Shown one piece after another: positions 10,015 through 18,707 of a stretch of 64,000 nucleotides of DNA. The stretch comes from an uncultured Saprospiraceae bacterium (GTDB taxonomy: Bacteria; Bacteroidota; Bacteroidia; Chitinophagales; Saprospiraceae): contig CAZQSF010000001.1 in the NCBI GenBank assembly GCA_964595955.1, positions 4,456 to 68,455 of the forward strand, given 5' to 3'. How positions within the stretch are numbered: position 1 is the first letter of the stretch; the number at the start of each line of letters is the position of its first letter. The position numbers and the translations under genes are program-made. The notes beneath the pieces were generated by a model that was not told the DNA's origin, searched no databases, and saw nothing but the letters and a program-made list of their open reading frames with translations.

Positions 10015-10917
10015 ATGGAGGTGCTCAACCGTATCGGACGATTTCTGGACAAGGTGTTCTCGCCTAAATTCAAAGTGCGCTTCGAGCGGCTGATCATTTA
10101 CATGGCCCTGGTGGGCTTTATCGTGCATCTGGGGCTCATTTTTTGGGTGCGCTGGCAGGGAACCCCGCTCGAAACCCGCCCGGAGCTGCTCCGTAGTCCT
10201 ATCGATGCCTTGTACACCCCTTTTTCCTTTATCCTCATTCAGGAGGTGTTTCTGCTGATCTATTATTTGCCCCAATCGTTTACCACCTCCATTGCCAAGC
10301 AATATGAGATCATTTCTTTGATCATTATCCGGCGCATATTCAAGGACGTGTCCAAGTTGGATCTGAAGGAGTGGACCTGGCAGGATCCCCTGAGCCAACA
10401 GCTATTGGTGGATATGCTCGGCGCTCTCCTGCTCTTTTTTCTGGTGTTTCTTTTTTACAAATTCTACAAGCGCCGGCCGGCGGTCAGCGACCCTCAGCGC
10501 ACGCAATCGTTCATCAATTTCAAGAAGGGGGTGGCTCTCGTGCTCATTCCCATCATGGTCGGCCTGGTCGTCTACAGTTTCGTCAACTGGGCAATGAGCT
10601 CCTACAGCTTCAGCGCGGGCTTCCTGCAGGAGATCAAGGATATCAATAATATCTTCTACAACGAGTTCTTTACCCTGCTGGTGTTGGTGGATGTATTCAT
10701 TCTTATCCTTTCCCTTCGCTACACGGATAATTATGCCCAACTCATGCGCAATTCCGGGTTTGTGATCTCTACCGTTCTTATCCGGTTTTCTTTTATTGCC
10801 GGTCCGCTGGTGAATACGGCGCTGGTCATAGCCGGGGTGGGATTTGGCGTACTCATCATGTGGATCTACAATCAATACGACGGGATTAATCCCGAACAGG
10901 TCACCGAGGAGTTGTAG
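10015..10917 (+). CDS. Polytopic inner-membrane protein, unknown function
   Basis: 300 aa with several long hydrophobic segments (LIIYMALVGFIVHLGLIFW, LGALLLFFLVFLFY, VALVLIPIMVGLVVYSF, FFTLLVLVDVFILILSL, ALVIAGVGFGVLIMWI). Same strand as, and 84 nt after, the 1510-aa gene. Confidence 0.75.
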   Translation: MEVLNRIGRFLDKVFSPKFKVRFERLIIYMALVGFIVHLGLIFWVRWQGTPLETRPELLRSPIDALYTPFSFILIQEVFLLIYYLPQSFTTSIAKQYEIISLIIIRRIFKDVSKLDLKEWTWQDPLSQQLLVDMLGALLLFFLVFLFYKFYKRRPAVSDPQRTQSFINFKKGVALVLIPIMVGLVVYSFVNWAMSSYSFSAGFLQEIKDINNIFYNEFFTLLVLVDVFILILSLRYTDNYAQLMRNSGFVISTVLIRFSFIAGPLVNTALVIAGVGFGVLIMWIYNQYDGINPEQVTEEL

Positions 10918-11131
10918 GCTGGTATGTCCAGCGGTCGCTGACTTTTGCTTTCGACCCGTCAGGACTTTTGCGCCCAGAGGGTCGAAGCCCCTGACATAGG
11001 GGTTGAAATACGCCTGTTTTCAGCCATTTATCGTCATTATTCACGGGAAACCGTGAATGACCCGGGTTAAGCTTCAAAGCCTTATGGGAACAGGTTATAA
11101 TCTATCGCAGTGAAGCGGCGTTTTTTCAAAT

Positions 11132-12268
11132 ATGAGCCCACGACTTTACCTTCTCGGTTTTGGTTCACTTCTCTTGCTGGCCGGCTTGTCGGCCTGCCGG
11201 TCTCTCCCGGCCGATATGGGGCCGTACGGCGACTACTTTCCGAAGACTGGGCTGATGCGCGCCGGCCTGGTGCAGAAATATTACTTTACCTACACGTCCT
11301 CCGACGGGCAGCAGAACTGGACTGACATCCGGTATTACCAATACCGGTTATTGCCTTCCGGACAACTCGAAATGATGCTTTTCGGTCCGGCCCTGGAGAA
11401 GATGTCGAGCTTTCGGCTTGCCTTCCAGGGCGATGGGATGCGGTTGGTCGAACAGACTATTTATTGGCAAGACGAAGCTCTGCAAGTCGAGATTCGCGAT
11501 TCCGCCTATGCACACTGGACAGGTGATTCCGCCCTTTTGGCTACGCGTACGGCTTACCCCGGCGACATTACAGAAGCTGCTGAGCGGGTGCAGCAAAAGG
11601 TGGCAGACACCCTGGTACTGAGCCGTCCGGCCAAAGTGTTCGACTATCTGGGAAGGCGTCGGTTCCGCTACGCCGGCGGAGAGGAGCGCATTGTGCAGGC
11701 TCATTTCCGGGAGGTCTATGTGAGCGGACTCGGCCTGTATGCCACGGAGATCATCCGCGAAGAAGGCACGGCTCGATTGGAACTGGTGGAGCAGATGACT
11801 GCCGGAAATTTTGCAGCCCTGGCTTCCGGGATTCCCGATCGAGTGGCTTACATTGACCCGGCCGACCGGCTGGACAAGGCATCGACTTTCCAAACCTGCG
11901 AATCGCCCGATCGCATCGCGGACTATTACAATGGCGATCCGGATGCAGGCCTGAAGGGAGGCAAACGCGCATTAAGGGAGCTTTTCGGGGAAAGGCTGGA
12001 TGAAGGCCTGCTGCAGGGGCAGTCCGGCTACCTGACCTTTCGTTTCGTGATCAACTGCCGGGGCGAGGCCGGCTGGTTCATCACCGAATCGGCCGATCTG
12101 GATTTTAAGTCCAAAGCCTTTCCGGCCCCCCTTGTGCGGCATGTCCTGAATATCTTGGAGGAAGCCGGTCCCTGGCAGGCGCCCCTGGTAGACGGCCGCA
12201 ATCGCGATGCCTATGCCTATGTAACACTAAAACTGAAAGATGGTAAACTGGTGGAAATACTGCCTTAG
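11132..12268 (+). CDS. Lipoprotein of unknown function with a possible TonB-C-like C-terminal domain
   Basis: Lipoprotein signal MSPRLYLLGFGSLLLLAGLSAC. The C-terminal segment GGKRALRELFGERLD...GYLTFRFVINCRGEAG...YVTLKLKDGKLVEILP resembles the TonB C-terminal fold pattern. This is a weak, by-eye assignment. Confidence 0.7.
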   Translation: MSPRLYLLGFGSLLLLAGLSACRSLPADMGPYGDYFPKTGLMRAGLVQKYYFTYTSSDGQQNWTDIRYYQYRLLPSGQLEMMLFGPALEKMSSFRLAFQGDGMRLVEQTIYWQDEALQVEIRDSAYAHWTGDSALLATRTAYPGDITEAAERVQQKVADTLVLSRPAKVFDYLGRRRFRYAGGEERIVQAHFREVYVSGLGLYATEIIREEGTARLELVEQMTAGNFAALASGIPDRVAYIDPADRLDKASTFQTCESPDRIADYYNGDPDAGLKGGKRALRELFGERLDEGLLQGQSGYLTFRFVINCRGEAGWFITESADLDFKSKAFPAPLVRHVLNILEEAGPWQAPLVDGRNRDAYAYVTLKLKDGKLVEILP

Positions 12269-13106
12269 TGTCTGCTTGTTGGGCTTCCTTGCAAGCGGCT
12301 GCCTGCGGCAAAAACCCGATCTGTATCGAAGGTCGTTCAGCCCGGAGGAGCAGCGGGATCTCGCCCGACGGCTGGAGCAAAGCGTGCACTACAATTACTA
12401 CCAGGGCTCGCCGGCCGAGCAGATGATCCTGCGCGAGGCCCTGCGCTATGATTCCTCCTTTGCCGATATCCATCGCGAGCTGGGTGTGCCCTACCTCAAG
12501 CGGGGCATCGCTCCCGGCTTCTGGAAATACTACGCCCGGGCGGCCGACCTGGACCCCTTGCGCTGGACCGGCTGGCGGGGCTACCTCTTCCTCTATTTCT
12601 ACCGGGACTACGAGCGGGCCCTGGACGATTTCAACGCCCTGGATACGCTCACCCCGGATATTGTAGACTATCCTCAGTCGCAGAGCGTGGATTTCATGCG
12701 CGGCATCTGCTACTTGCAACTGGACCAATACGAAGACGCCATTCGCTTTTTCCGCAAGCACATTGCCCATGAAAGCGAGCTCAGCGGGGGCGCGAAATAC
12801 ATCGAGCCCCAAACCTTCCTTTTCCTCGGCCTGGCCCATCTGGGGCAGCGAGATACCCTGCAGGCCGTGCAGGTCTTCGAACGGGGGCACGAACTGAGCC
12901 CCGAGAATGCCGACCTGCTCTACTGGCTCGCCCGCATGGACCTGGCCGCCGGTCGCCGGGAGCAGGCCCGGAGGCGGCTGGAACAGGCCAAACGCCAGCT
13001 TGGCGAAGGCTATGTCAACCGCCGGGCGTATGTCGAGGAGTTTTACCAGACCTACGAGGCGGACCTGGAAGCGCTGGGGGATGTGTTAGAAGATAGCGGC
13101 CACTAG
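12240..13106 (+). CDS. TPR-repeat lipoprotein
   Basis: N-terminus MVNWWKYCLSVCLLGFLASGC is lipobox-like, followed by helical repeats typical of TPR proteins. Overlaps the upstream gene by 29 nt. Confidence 0.75.
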   Translation: MVNWWKYCLSVCLLGFLASGCLRQKPDLYRRSFSPEEQRDLARRLEQSVHYNYYQGSPAEQMILREALRYDSSFADIHRELGVPYLKRGIAPGFWKYYARAADLDPLRWTGWRGYLFLYFYRDYERALDDFNALDTLTPDIVDYPQSQSVDFMRGICYLQLDQYEDAIRFFRKHIAHESELSGGAKYIEPQTFLFLGLAHLGQRDTLQAVQVFERGHELSPENADLLYWLARMDLAAGRREQARRRLEQAKRQLGEGYVNRRAYVEEFYQTYEADLEALGDVLEDSGH

Positions 13107-14743
13107 CGATTGGCTATCCACCTTTCGAACGCTCCGACATCCATCGCATTCAGACAGTTGGCTGCCGTCAGCCCCCCTTTCCTTGCCGACAGTACGCCAT
13201 ATCGAATGTCGTGTATGCCTTCCTGCGAGTGGGCATCCGGGTTGATGGCGATGGATACGCCCTTTTCGGTGGCGTAGGGGATCCAGCTCCAGTCGAGGTC
13301 CAGGCGATAGGGATTGGCATTGAGCTCGATAGCTACCCGCTGCTCGGCGCAGGCGTCGATGACGGCCCGGTGGTCGATGGGGTAGCCCGGGCGCGACAGC
13401 AGCAGGCGACCCGTCGGGTGGCCCAGAATGCGGGTGTAGGGGTTTTCGGTGGCTTTCAGTAAACGTTGGGTGGCTTTGGTCTCGTCCATGCGCAGGTTGC
13501 TGTGTACCGAGGCGATGATGAAGTCGAAACCGGCCAGGATCTCTTCGGGGTAGTCCAACGAGCCGTCGCTGAGGATGTCGCTTTCGATGCCTTTGAAAAT
13601 GCGAAAGGGAGCTAGTTCCTCATTGAGCCGGTCGATCTCGGCCCATTGCTCGCGCACGCGATCCGCCTTCAGACCGTTGGCATAAAAGGCGGCCTTGGAG
13701 TGATCTGTGATGCCCAGGTACTCGTAGCCCTGCTCCTTGCAGTAGCGGGCCATCTCCTCCAGGCTGTGGTAGCCGTCGCTGTAGGTGGAGTGTGCGTGCA
13801 GCACTCCGCGGATGTCCTTTTCCCCGATCAGATCGGGCAGGTTCCCGTTTTGGGCCCGCTCCAATGCCCAGTCGCCCTCGCGAAGCTCCGGGGGGATAAA
13901 CGGCAGGCCGGCCCGTTCAAACAACGCCTCCTCGGTCGTTGCCGGGCCGTTGGTGTCGAGTGCGGCGAAAGCCTGCAGGAAGTCCTCATCGCCAGTGAGG
14001 GCCAGCATGCTGTTGCCCCATTTGTCCACTTCGGCAAAATGGACGCGCACCGGCCACTCGTCGGCGGTTTCGGCCTCCCAGTGGCCGTTCTTTGCTTCGA
14101 TCCGCTGCAGCAGGCCGGCGTTCCGGAGCCGGTCGGCCTGCTCGGCCCGCACCAGCAACTCGATGGCCGGCAGTACGTTGCAGCGGCGGCGGTAGACACC
14201 CGTTTCGGCCCCTTCGATCCCTTTCCGCTCCAGGTTCTCAAGCAGTTCCCGCCCGGGCCGGTCCAGGCTGGCGTAACTGAACCGGTTCTTACTGCGCAGA
14301 TAATACTCCAACTTTTTCTTTAGGTCCGCCTGTGTTTTCTCGCCAAAGCCCTTGAGTTCGAGCAGGCGATTCTCTTGCACGGCATAGAGCAGCTCGCCCA
14401 CCGATTCCACATCCAGGTCCTTCCAGACGGTCCGGATCTTTTTGGGGCCGATGCCCGGAATGCGGAGTAATTCGCGCACGCCTTCGGGGGTTTGGTCCTC
14501 GTACTTTTGCAGGGTGCTTAGCTGCCCGCTGTTCAGCAGTTCGCGGATCTTACTGCTAATGGCCTTGCCTACGCCTTTGATCGCGCCGATCTCTTCGTCG
14601 GTCATCTCGGCCAGGGGTTTGTCCAACTTGCGCAGGGTCAGGTAGGCATTTTGGTAGGAACGCACCTTGTAGGGGTTTTCACCGTGCAGTTCCATGATCT
14701 GGCCCAGGTATTGAAAGGCCTTGGCAATCTCTTTGTTGGTCAT
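13103..14743 (-). CDS. polX: PolX-family protein with helix-hairpin-helix motifs, a degenerate polymerase palm and an intact PHP phosphoesterase domain
   Basis: HhH motifs GVGKAISSKI, IPGIGPKKI and LKGFGEKTQ. PHP motif HAHSTYSDG with later His/Asp-rich segments. The palm segment reads GVYRRRCNVLPAIELLV where PolX/Pol beta enzymes have G(D)xD. Confidence 0.85.
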   Translation of the reverse strand: MTNKEIAKAFQYLGQIMELHGENPYKVRSYQNAYLTLRKLDKPLAEMTDEEIGAIKGVGKAISSKIRELLNSGQLSTLQKYEDQTPEGVRELLRIPGIGPKKIRTVWKDLDVESVGELLYAVQENRLLELKGFGEKTQADLKKKLEYYLRSKNRFSYASLDRPGRELLENLERKGIEGAETGVYRRRCNVLPAIELLVRAEQADRLRNAGLLQRIEAKNGHWEAETADEWPVRVHFAEVDKWGNSMLALTGDEDFLQAFAALDTNGPATTEEALFERAGLPFIPPELREGDWALERAQNGNLPDLIGEKDIRGVLHAHSTYSDGYHSLEEMARYCKEQGYEYLGITDHSKAAFYANGLKADRVREQWAEIDRLNEELAPFRIFKGIESDILSDGSLDYPEEILAGFDFIIASVHSNLRMDETKATQRLLKATENPYTRILGHPTGRLLLSRPGYPIDHRAVIDACAEQRVAIELNANPYRLDLDWSWIPYATEKGVSIAINPDAHSQEGIHDIRYGVLSARKGGLTAANCLNAMDVGAFERWIANR

Positions 14744-14746
14744 GCA

Positions 14747-15382
14747 TCAGGTATTCATCCAGGCTACGATAGAGCGTACCTGGGCTTCGGCGAAGCGCTC
14801 TACGATCTCGGGATCCATCAGCAGGCGCGCATCGTCGGCATTGTCGAAGAAAAGGTGCTCAACCAGCATGGCCGGCATGAGCGTTCGCGCCAGCACAAAG
14901 AAGCGAGCTTCCTTATCGTGATCGCCATCGCCCAGGCTGGATCGATAGTTGATGCGCTCTTCCAGAAGGTCGCGCACGTGATTCCAGTGCAGTTCGGCCA
15001 GCACATCGGCCTGGGTGCGGCCGGGGGAGGTATAGACTTCGAAGCCGCGGGCGGTGTGGGACGAGGAGGCATTGGCATGATTGGAAATGTAGACCCCTTT
15101 CCGGTAGTTGCGGTAATACCAGTTGGCTACTTCTACCCGGTAGTTGAGCGAGATGTCCAGGTATTCATGGCTGACGATGAGGTAGGGGATTTGGAGTTGC
15201 TGCAGTTTGGCAGCTACCCGCTGGGTCAGCGTCCGGTTCCAAACGCCTTCGTAAAACAGGGGGCCGTCGTGAAATTCACCACTTCGGTGGCGAAACATTT
15301 TGGAGGGCGCTGTCGTATACCGGCCCTGCGGATCCAGGCCACCGTGCCCGGCATCCAGGAAAACCATGAAATCACTGGCCAT
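14747..15382 (-). CDS. N-acetylmuramoyl-L-alanine amidase (Amidase_3 type) without a signal peptide
   Basis: Motifs FLDAGHGGLDPQG, YISNHANA and AMLVEHLFFDNADD. The protein begins directly with the catalytic domain. Its stop is 3 nt upstream of the polX start. Confidence 0.85.
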   Translation of the reverse strand: MASDFMVFLDAGHGGLDPQGRYTTAPSKMFRHRSGEFHDGPLFYEGVWNRTLTQRVAAKLQQLQIPYLIVSHEYLDISLNYRVEVANWYYRNYRKGVYISNHANASSSHTARGFEVYTSPGRTQADVLAELHWNHVRDLLEERINYRSSLGDGDHDKEARFFVLARTLMPAMLVEHLFFDNADDARLLMDPEIVERFAEAQVRSIVAWMNT

Positions 15383-15503
15383 GGGGATGGTTTTTCTGCA
15401 AAAAGAGCAAAATACGACACAGAACGAACAAAACGTAATGTTTGACTGCGGGCGAGCCCATTTATTTGGCCGCCTGAAATGGGGCCCCTTCTGTTGGCCT
15501 GAC

Positions 15504-15830
15504 TCAGGCCTCCGCTTTAGGCGTGCTGAAGTTCATGGGGGGGAAATTGGGGGAGTCCGGCTCTTCCACCATGCCGAACTGGTTCTCAAATTTGGTGATG
15601 TTGTCCTGAAGGGCTTTTAACAAGCGCTTCGCATGCTGGGGCGTGAGAATGACCCGGGCTTTCACCTTTGCCTTGGGTACATTGGGCACCATCCGGATGA
15701 AGTCCAGGACGAACTCGGACTGCGAATGCGAAATGATGGCCAGATTGGAATAGGTGCCTTCGGCTACATCTTCGGGCAATTCGATATTGATCTGATTCTG
15801 ACCCTGCTTGGTTTTGGATGAGTCTGCCAT
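15504..15830 (-). CDS. DUF3467-like small protein
   Basis: YSNLAIISHSQSEFVLDFIRMVPNVPKAKVKARVILTPQHAKRLLKALQDNI matches the DUF3467 pattern as I recall it. I chose the ATG at complement(15828..15830); the track ORF starts at a TTG at 15836. Confidence 0.75.
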   Translation of the reverse strand: MADSSKTKQGQNQINIELPEDVAEGTYSNLAIISHSQSEFVLDFIRMVPNVPKAKVKARVILTPQHAKRLLKALQDNITKFENQFGMVEEPDSPNFPPMNFSTPKAEA

Positions 15831-15927
15831 AGTCAAGTTTAAGTGATGAGGAGAGCATGGCTCTCAAAAAGTAGATGTATCGGGGGACTCCATGGCTACG
15901 CGAGAATGTACTGCCGGCAGCCGGACT

Positions 15928-18540
15928 TCAGTTCTTCGATTTCTTTGCGTCGGTCTTCCTGCGGCCACCGCTTTTCTTGGCCTTGGTCGACCGTTTTGTC
16001 GTCTTCTTCTTGGCCTTGGCCTTGGCAAAGGCATCGGGAATCTCGGCCTCAATATATGCTTTGACCTGTTCCAGACTCAGCTCCTGGGCTTCTTCCCGGC
16101 CGATGCGGCTGCCGTCCTCTTTTTTGGGAATCTTCACATTCTTTTTCCCAAACCGGATAAAGGGGCCCCAACGGCCGTTTTCCAGAGCAATCTTCTCTTC
16201 GGGCCATTGCTTGATGTAGCGCTTGGCCTCTTTTTCCTCCTTGGCAGCGATGAGTTCGTGCATTTCCTCCAGGCTGAGGTTCTTGGGATCGTAGCCCTTC
16301 TTCCGGGGGATGTTGACAAACATGCCGTTCCACTTCAGGAAGGGGCCGAAGCGACCCACGCCCTGCTGGATGGGCTTGTCTTTATAGGTGCCCACCGGCG
16401 CCTCTTCTTCCAGCTTCTTTTCGATCAGCTCGGTCGCGCGTTCGAAGGACAGTTCCAGCGGGTCCTCGTCTTTGGGAATCGAAACGAATTTATCGCCAAA
16501 GCGGACGTAGGGGCCATAGCGGCCCCGGCCTATGGCTACTTCTTCGCCTTTGTAAGTGCCCATGTCTCTGGGTAGCTGAAAGAGCTTAAGGGCCTCCTCA
16601 TAGGTGATAGTATCAATGGATTGTTCGCGCCGCAAGTTGGCATACCTGGGCTTTTCGCCTTCATCCAGTTCGTCCGGTGCACCGATTTGCACCACCGGCC
16701 CCAGGCGGGTCATTCGGGTAAGCAGCGTCCGTCCGGTTTCGGGGTCCTTGCCCAGAATGCGATCGCGCGTCGGCCGGTCTGCGTGTTCCAGGGTTTCCTC
16801 TACCGCTTCGTGAAAGGGAAAGTAAAACTCCTTCAGCATGGCGTTCCAAACCCGCCGCCCGGTAGAGATCTCATCAAATTCCTTTTCGATGTCGGCGGTG
16901 AAGCCGTAATCCATAATTTCGGAAAAGTGCTCGTCCAGAAAGTCGCTGACGGTGATGCCCATATCCGTGGGGAAAAGCCGGTTTTTCACGGCCCCGGTGA
17001 TCTCGGTCTGGGTCTCGCTGCGGATCTCGCCCTTTTCGAGGGTCAGCACTTCGTACTTGCGCTCTTCCCCTTCTCGAGACTCCTTGACCACGTAGCCCCG
17101 GCCGGGCTCCATGATCTTGGAAATAGTGGGGGCATAGGTGGAAGGGCGACCGATGCCCAGCTCCTCCAGTTTCTTCACCAGGCTGGCTTCGGTGTAGCGA
17201 GCCGGTGGCCGGGTAAAGCGCTGGGTGGCGGTCATTTGCCGGAGGTCCAGTACCTGGCCCACCTTGAGGGGAGGCAGCATGCCTTTGGCCTCTTCTTCGT
17301 CCTCATCGTCTTTGGATTCGAGGTACACTTTCAAGAAGCCGTCGAACTGAAGCACTTCGCCCTCGGCCTTCAACTGGGTGTCCGGCTGAGAAGAAATGCC
17401 GATGCGTACCGTCGTTTTTTCCACCACGGCATCGGCCATCTGAGAAGCGATGGTGCGCTTCCAGATCAGCTCGTACAAACGTTGCTCATCCTGTTTGCCA
17501 CTCACGTTTTTTCGTTGGATATAGGTAGGGCGAATGGCTTCGTGAGCCTCCTGGGCGCCTGCGGATTTGCCCTTAAACCGGCGGGTCTGCACATATTTGC
17601 TACCGAATTCCTTTTCGATCTCCTCGGCAATGGACTTGAGGGCCAGCTCACTGAGGTTGGTAGAATCGGTACGCATGTAGGTGATGAAGCCCTGTTCGTA
17701 AAGCCTTTGAGCAGCGCTCATGGTGCGGTTCACCGAAAAACCCAGCTTTCGGCTGGCTTCCTGTTGGAGGGTAGAGGTAGTAAAAGGAGCCGTGGGGCGG
17801 CGTTTGATGGGTTTTACCTCAATGTCCTGAATGTCGTAGGTAGCCCCGATACAACCTTCCAGAAAAGCCCGGGCATCCTGTTCGGTATCGAAGCGCTTCG
17901 GACCTTCTGCTTTGAGGATCGCGGTTTTGCCCTTTTCGCTTTCTACGTCGAACAGCGCATTGACCCGGAAAAAGGGACTGGGGGTAAAGGCGTTGATGGC
18001 GCGCTCCTGTTCTACGATCAGCTTAACGGCCACCGATTGCACCCGGCCGGCCGAGAGTTTGGGCCGGATTTTTTTCCAGAGGATCTCGCTGAGCTCGTAG
18101 CCCACGAGCCGGTCCAGCACCCGACGGGCTTGCTGAGCATTGACGAGATTGATGTCTACCCGGCGCGGATTTTTGATGGCCTGCTCGATAGCCGGCTTGG
18201 TGATCTCCCGAAAAACGATCCGTTTGGTTTGGTCGGTGTCCAGGTCGAGCACCTGGCAGAGATGCCACGAAATGGCTTCTCCTTCCCGGTCTTCATCCGT
18301 GGCCAGCCAAACTTCATTTGCCTTTTGAGTGAGCTTCTTCAGCTCTTTGACCACCTTCTCCTTATCGGGCGAAACTACGTACTTGGGTTCGAAGTCTTTC
18401 TCCACATCCACCGCACCCTGGCTCTTCTGCAGGTCGCGTATGTGGCCATAGCTGGATTTTACCGTAAAATCCTTGCCCAGGTATCTTTCAATGGTCTTGG
18501 CTTTGGCAGGAGATTCTACGATCAATAGGTTTTTTGACAT
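15928..18540 (-). CDS. topA: DNA topoisomerase I with Cys-less C-terminal repeats and a lysine-rich tail
   Basis: N-terminus MSKNLLIVESPAKAKTIERYLGKDFTVKSSYGHIRDL (Toprim). Three C-terminal repeats of the GR(Y/F/W)GP(Y/F) type, and a basic tail AKAKAKKKTTKRSTKAKKSGGRRKTDAKKSKN. Confidence 0.97.
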   Translation of the reverse strand: MSKNLLIVESPAKAKTIERYLGKDFTVKSSYGHIRDLQKSQGAVDVEKDFEPKYVVSPDKEKVVKELKKLTQKANEVWLATDEDREGEAISWHLCQVLDLDTDQTKRIVFREITKPAIEQAIKNPRRVDINLVNAQQARRVLDRLVGYELSEILWKKIRPKLSAGRVQSVAVKLIVEQERAINAFTPSPFFRVNALFDVESEKGKTAILKAEGPKRFDTEQDARAFLEGCIGATYDIQDIEVKPIKRRPTAPFTTSTLQQEASRKLGFSVNRTMSAAQRLYEQGFITYMRTDSTNLSELALKSIAEEIEKEFGSKYVQTRRFKGKSAGAQEAHEAIRPTYIQRKNVSGKQDEQRLYELIWKRTIASQMADAVVEKTTVRIGISSQPDTQLKAEGEVLQFDGFLKVYLESKDDEDEEEAKGMLPPLKVGQVLDLRQMTATQRFTRPPARYTEASLVKKLEELGIGRPSTYAPTISKIMEPGRGYVVKESREGEERKYEVLTLEKGEIRSETQTEITGAVKNRLFPTDMGITVSDFLDEHFSEIMDYGFTADIEKEFDEISTGRRVWNAMLKEFYFPFHEAVEETLEHADRPTRDRILGKDPETGRTLLTRMTRLGPVVQIGAPDELDEGEKPRYANLRREQSIDTITYEEALKLFQLPRDMGTYKGEEVAIGRGRYGPYVRFGDKFVSIPKDEDPLELSFERATELIEKKLEEEAPVGTYKDKPIQQGVGRFGPFLKWNGMFVNIPRKKGYDPKNLSLEEMHELIAAKEEKEAKRYIKQWPEEKIALENGRWGPFIRFGKKNVKIPKKEDGSRIGREEAQELSLEQVKAYIEAEIPDAFAKAKAKKKTTKRSTKAKKSGGRRKTDAKKSKN

Positions 18541-18598
18541 ACTATCAGGCGCTGTTTTTGGGGTTGTTTACTACGTGCAATCAACGTCCTCAAGATTG

Positions 18599-18606
18599 CA
18601 AATGTA
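18599..18606 (-). promoter_or_regulatory. Candidate Bacteroidota -7 box (TACATTTG) for topA
   Basis: The minus strand reads TACATTTG, a perfect TAnnTTTG, about 58 nt upstream of the topA ATG. No clear TTTG -33 element at the expected spacing. Confidence 0.3.
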
Positions 18607-18641
18607 GAAATTTAGCCTTTTGTTCACCCCGCACAGGCCGC

Positions 18642-18707
18642 TTATCGCCCCGGACAACGCTTGCAGCGCTTGCCTTTCTTGTACTTCTTACAACACTTCT
18701 TTTTCAT
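18642..18707 (-). CDS. Candidate 21-codon Cys/Lys-rich micro-ORF (MKKKCCKKYKKGKRCKRCPGR)
   Basis: Verified by hand reverse-complementing 18642..18707. ATG is preceded by GCAGGGGAAAAAA (purine/A-rich). It is the 3' end of track ORF 18642..19067, whose upstream 120 codons look non-coding. No homology check was possible. Confidence 0.25.
   Translation of the reverse strand: MKKKCCKKYKKGKRCKRCPGR

Noticed and set aside
16621-18528. 635-aa ORF antisense to topA.
   Set aside because: Same GC-driven shadow-frame effect. topA motifs fully explain the region.
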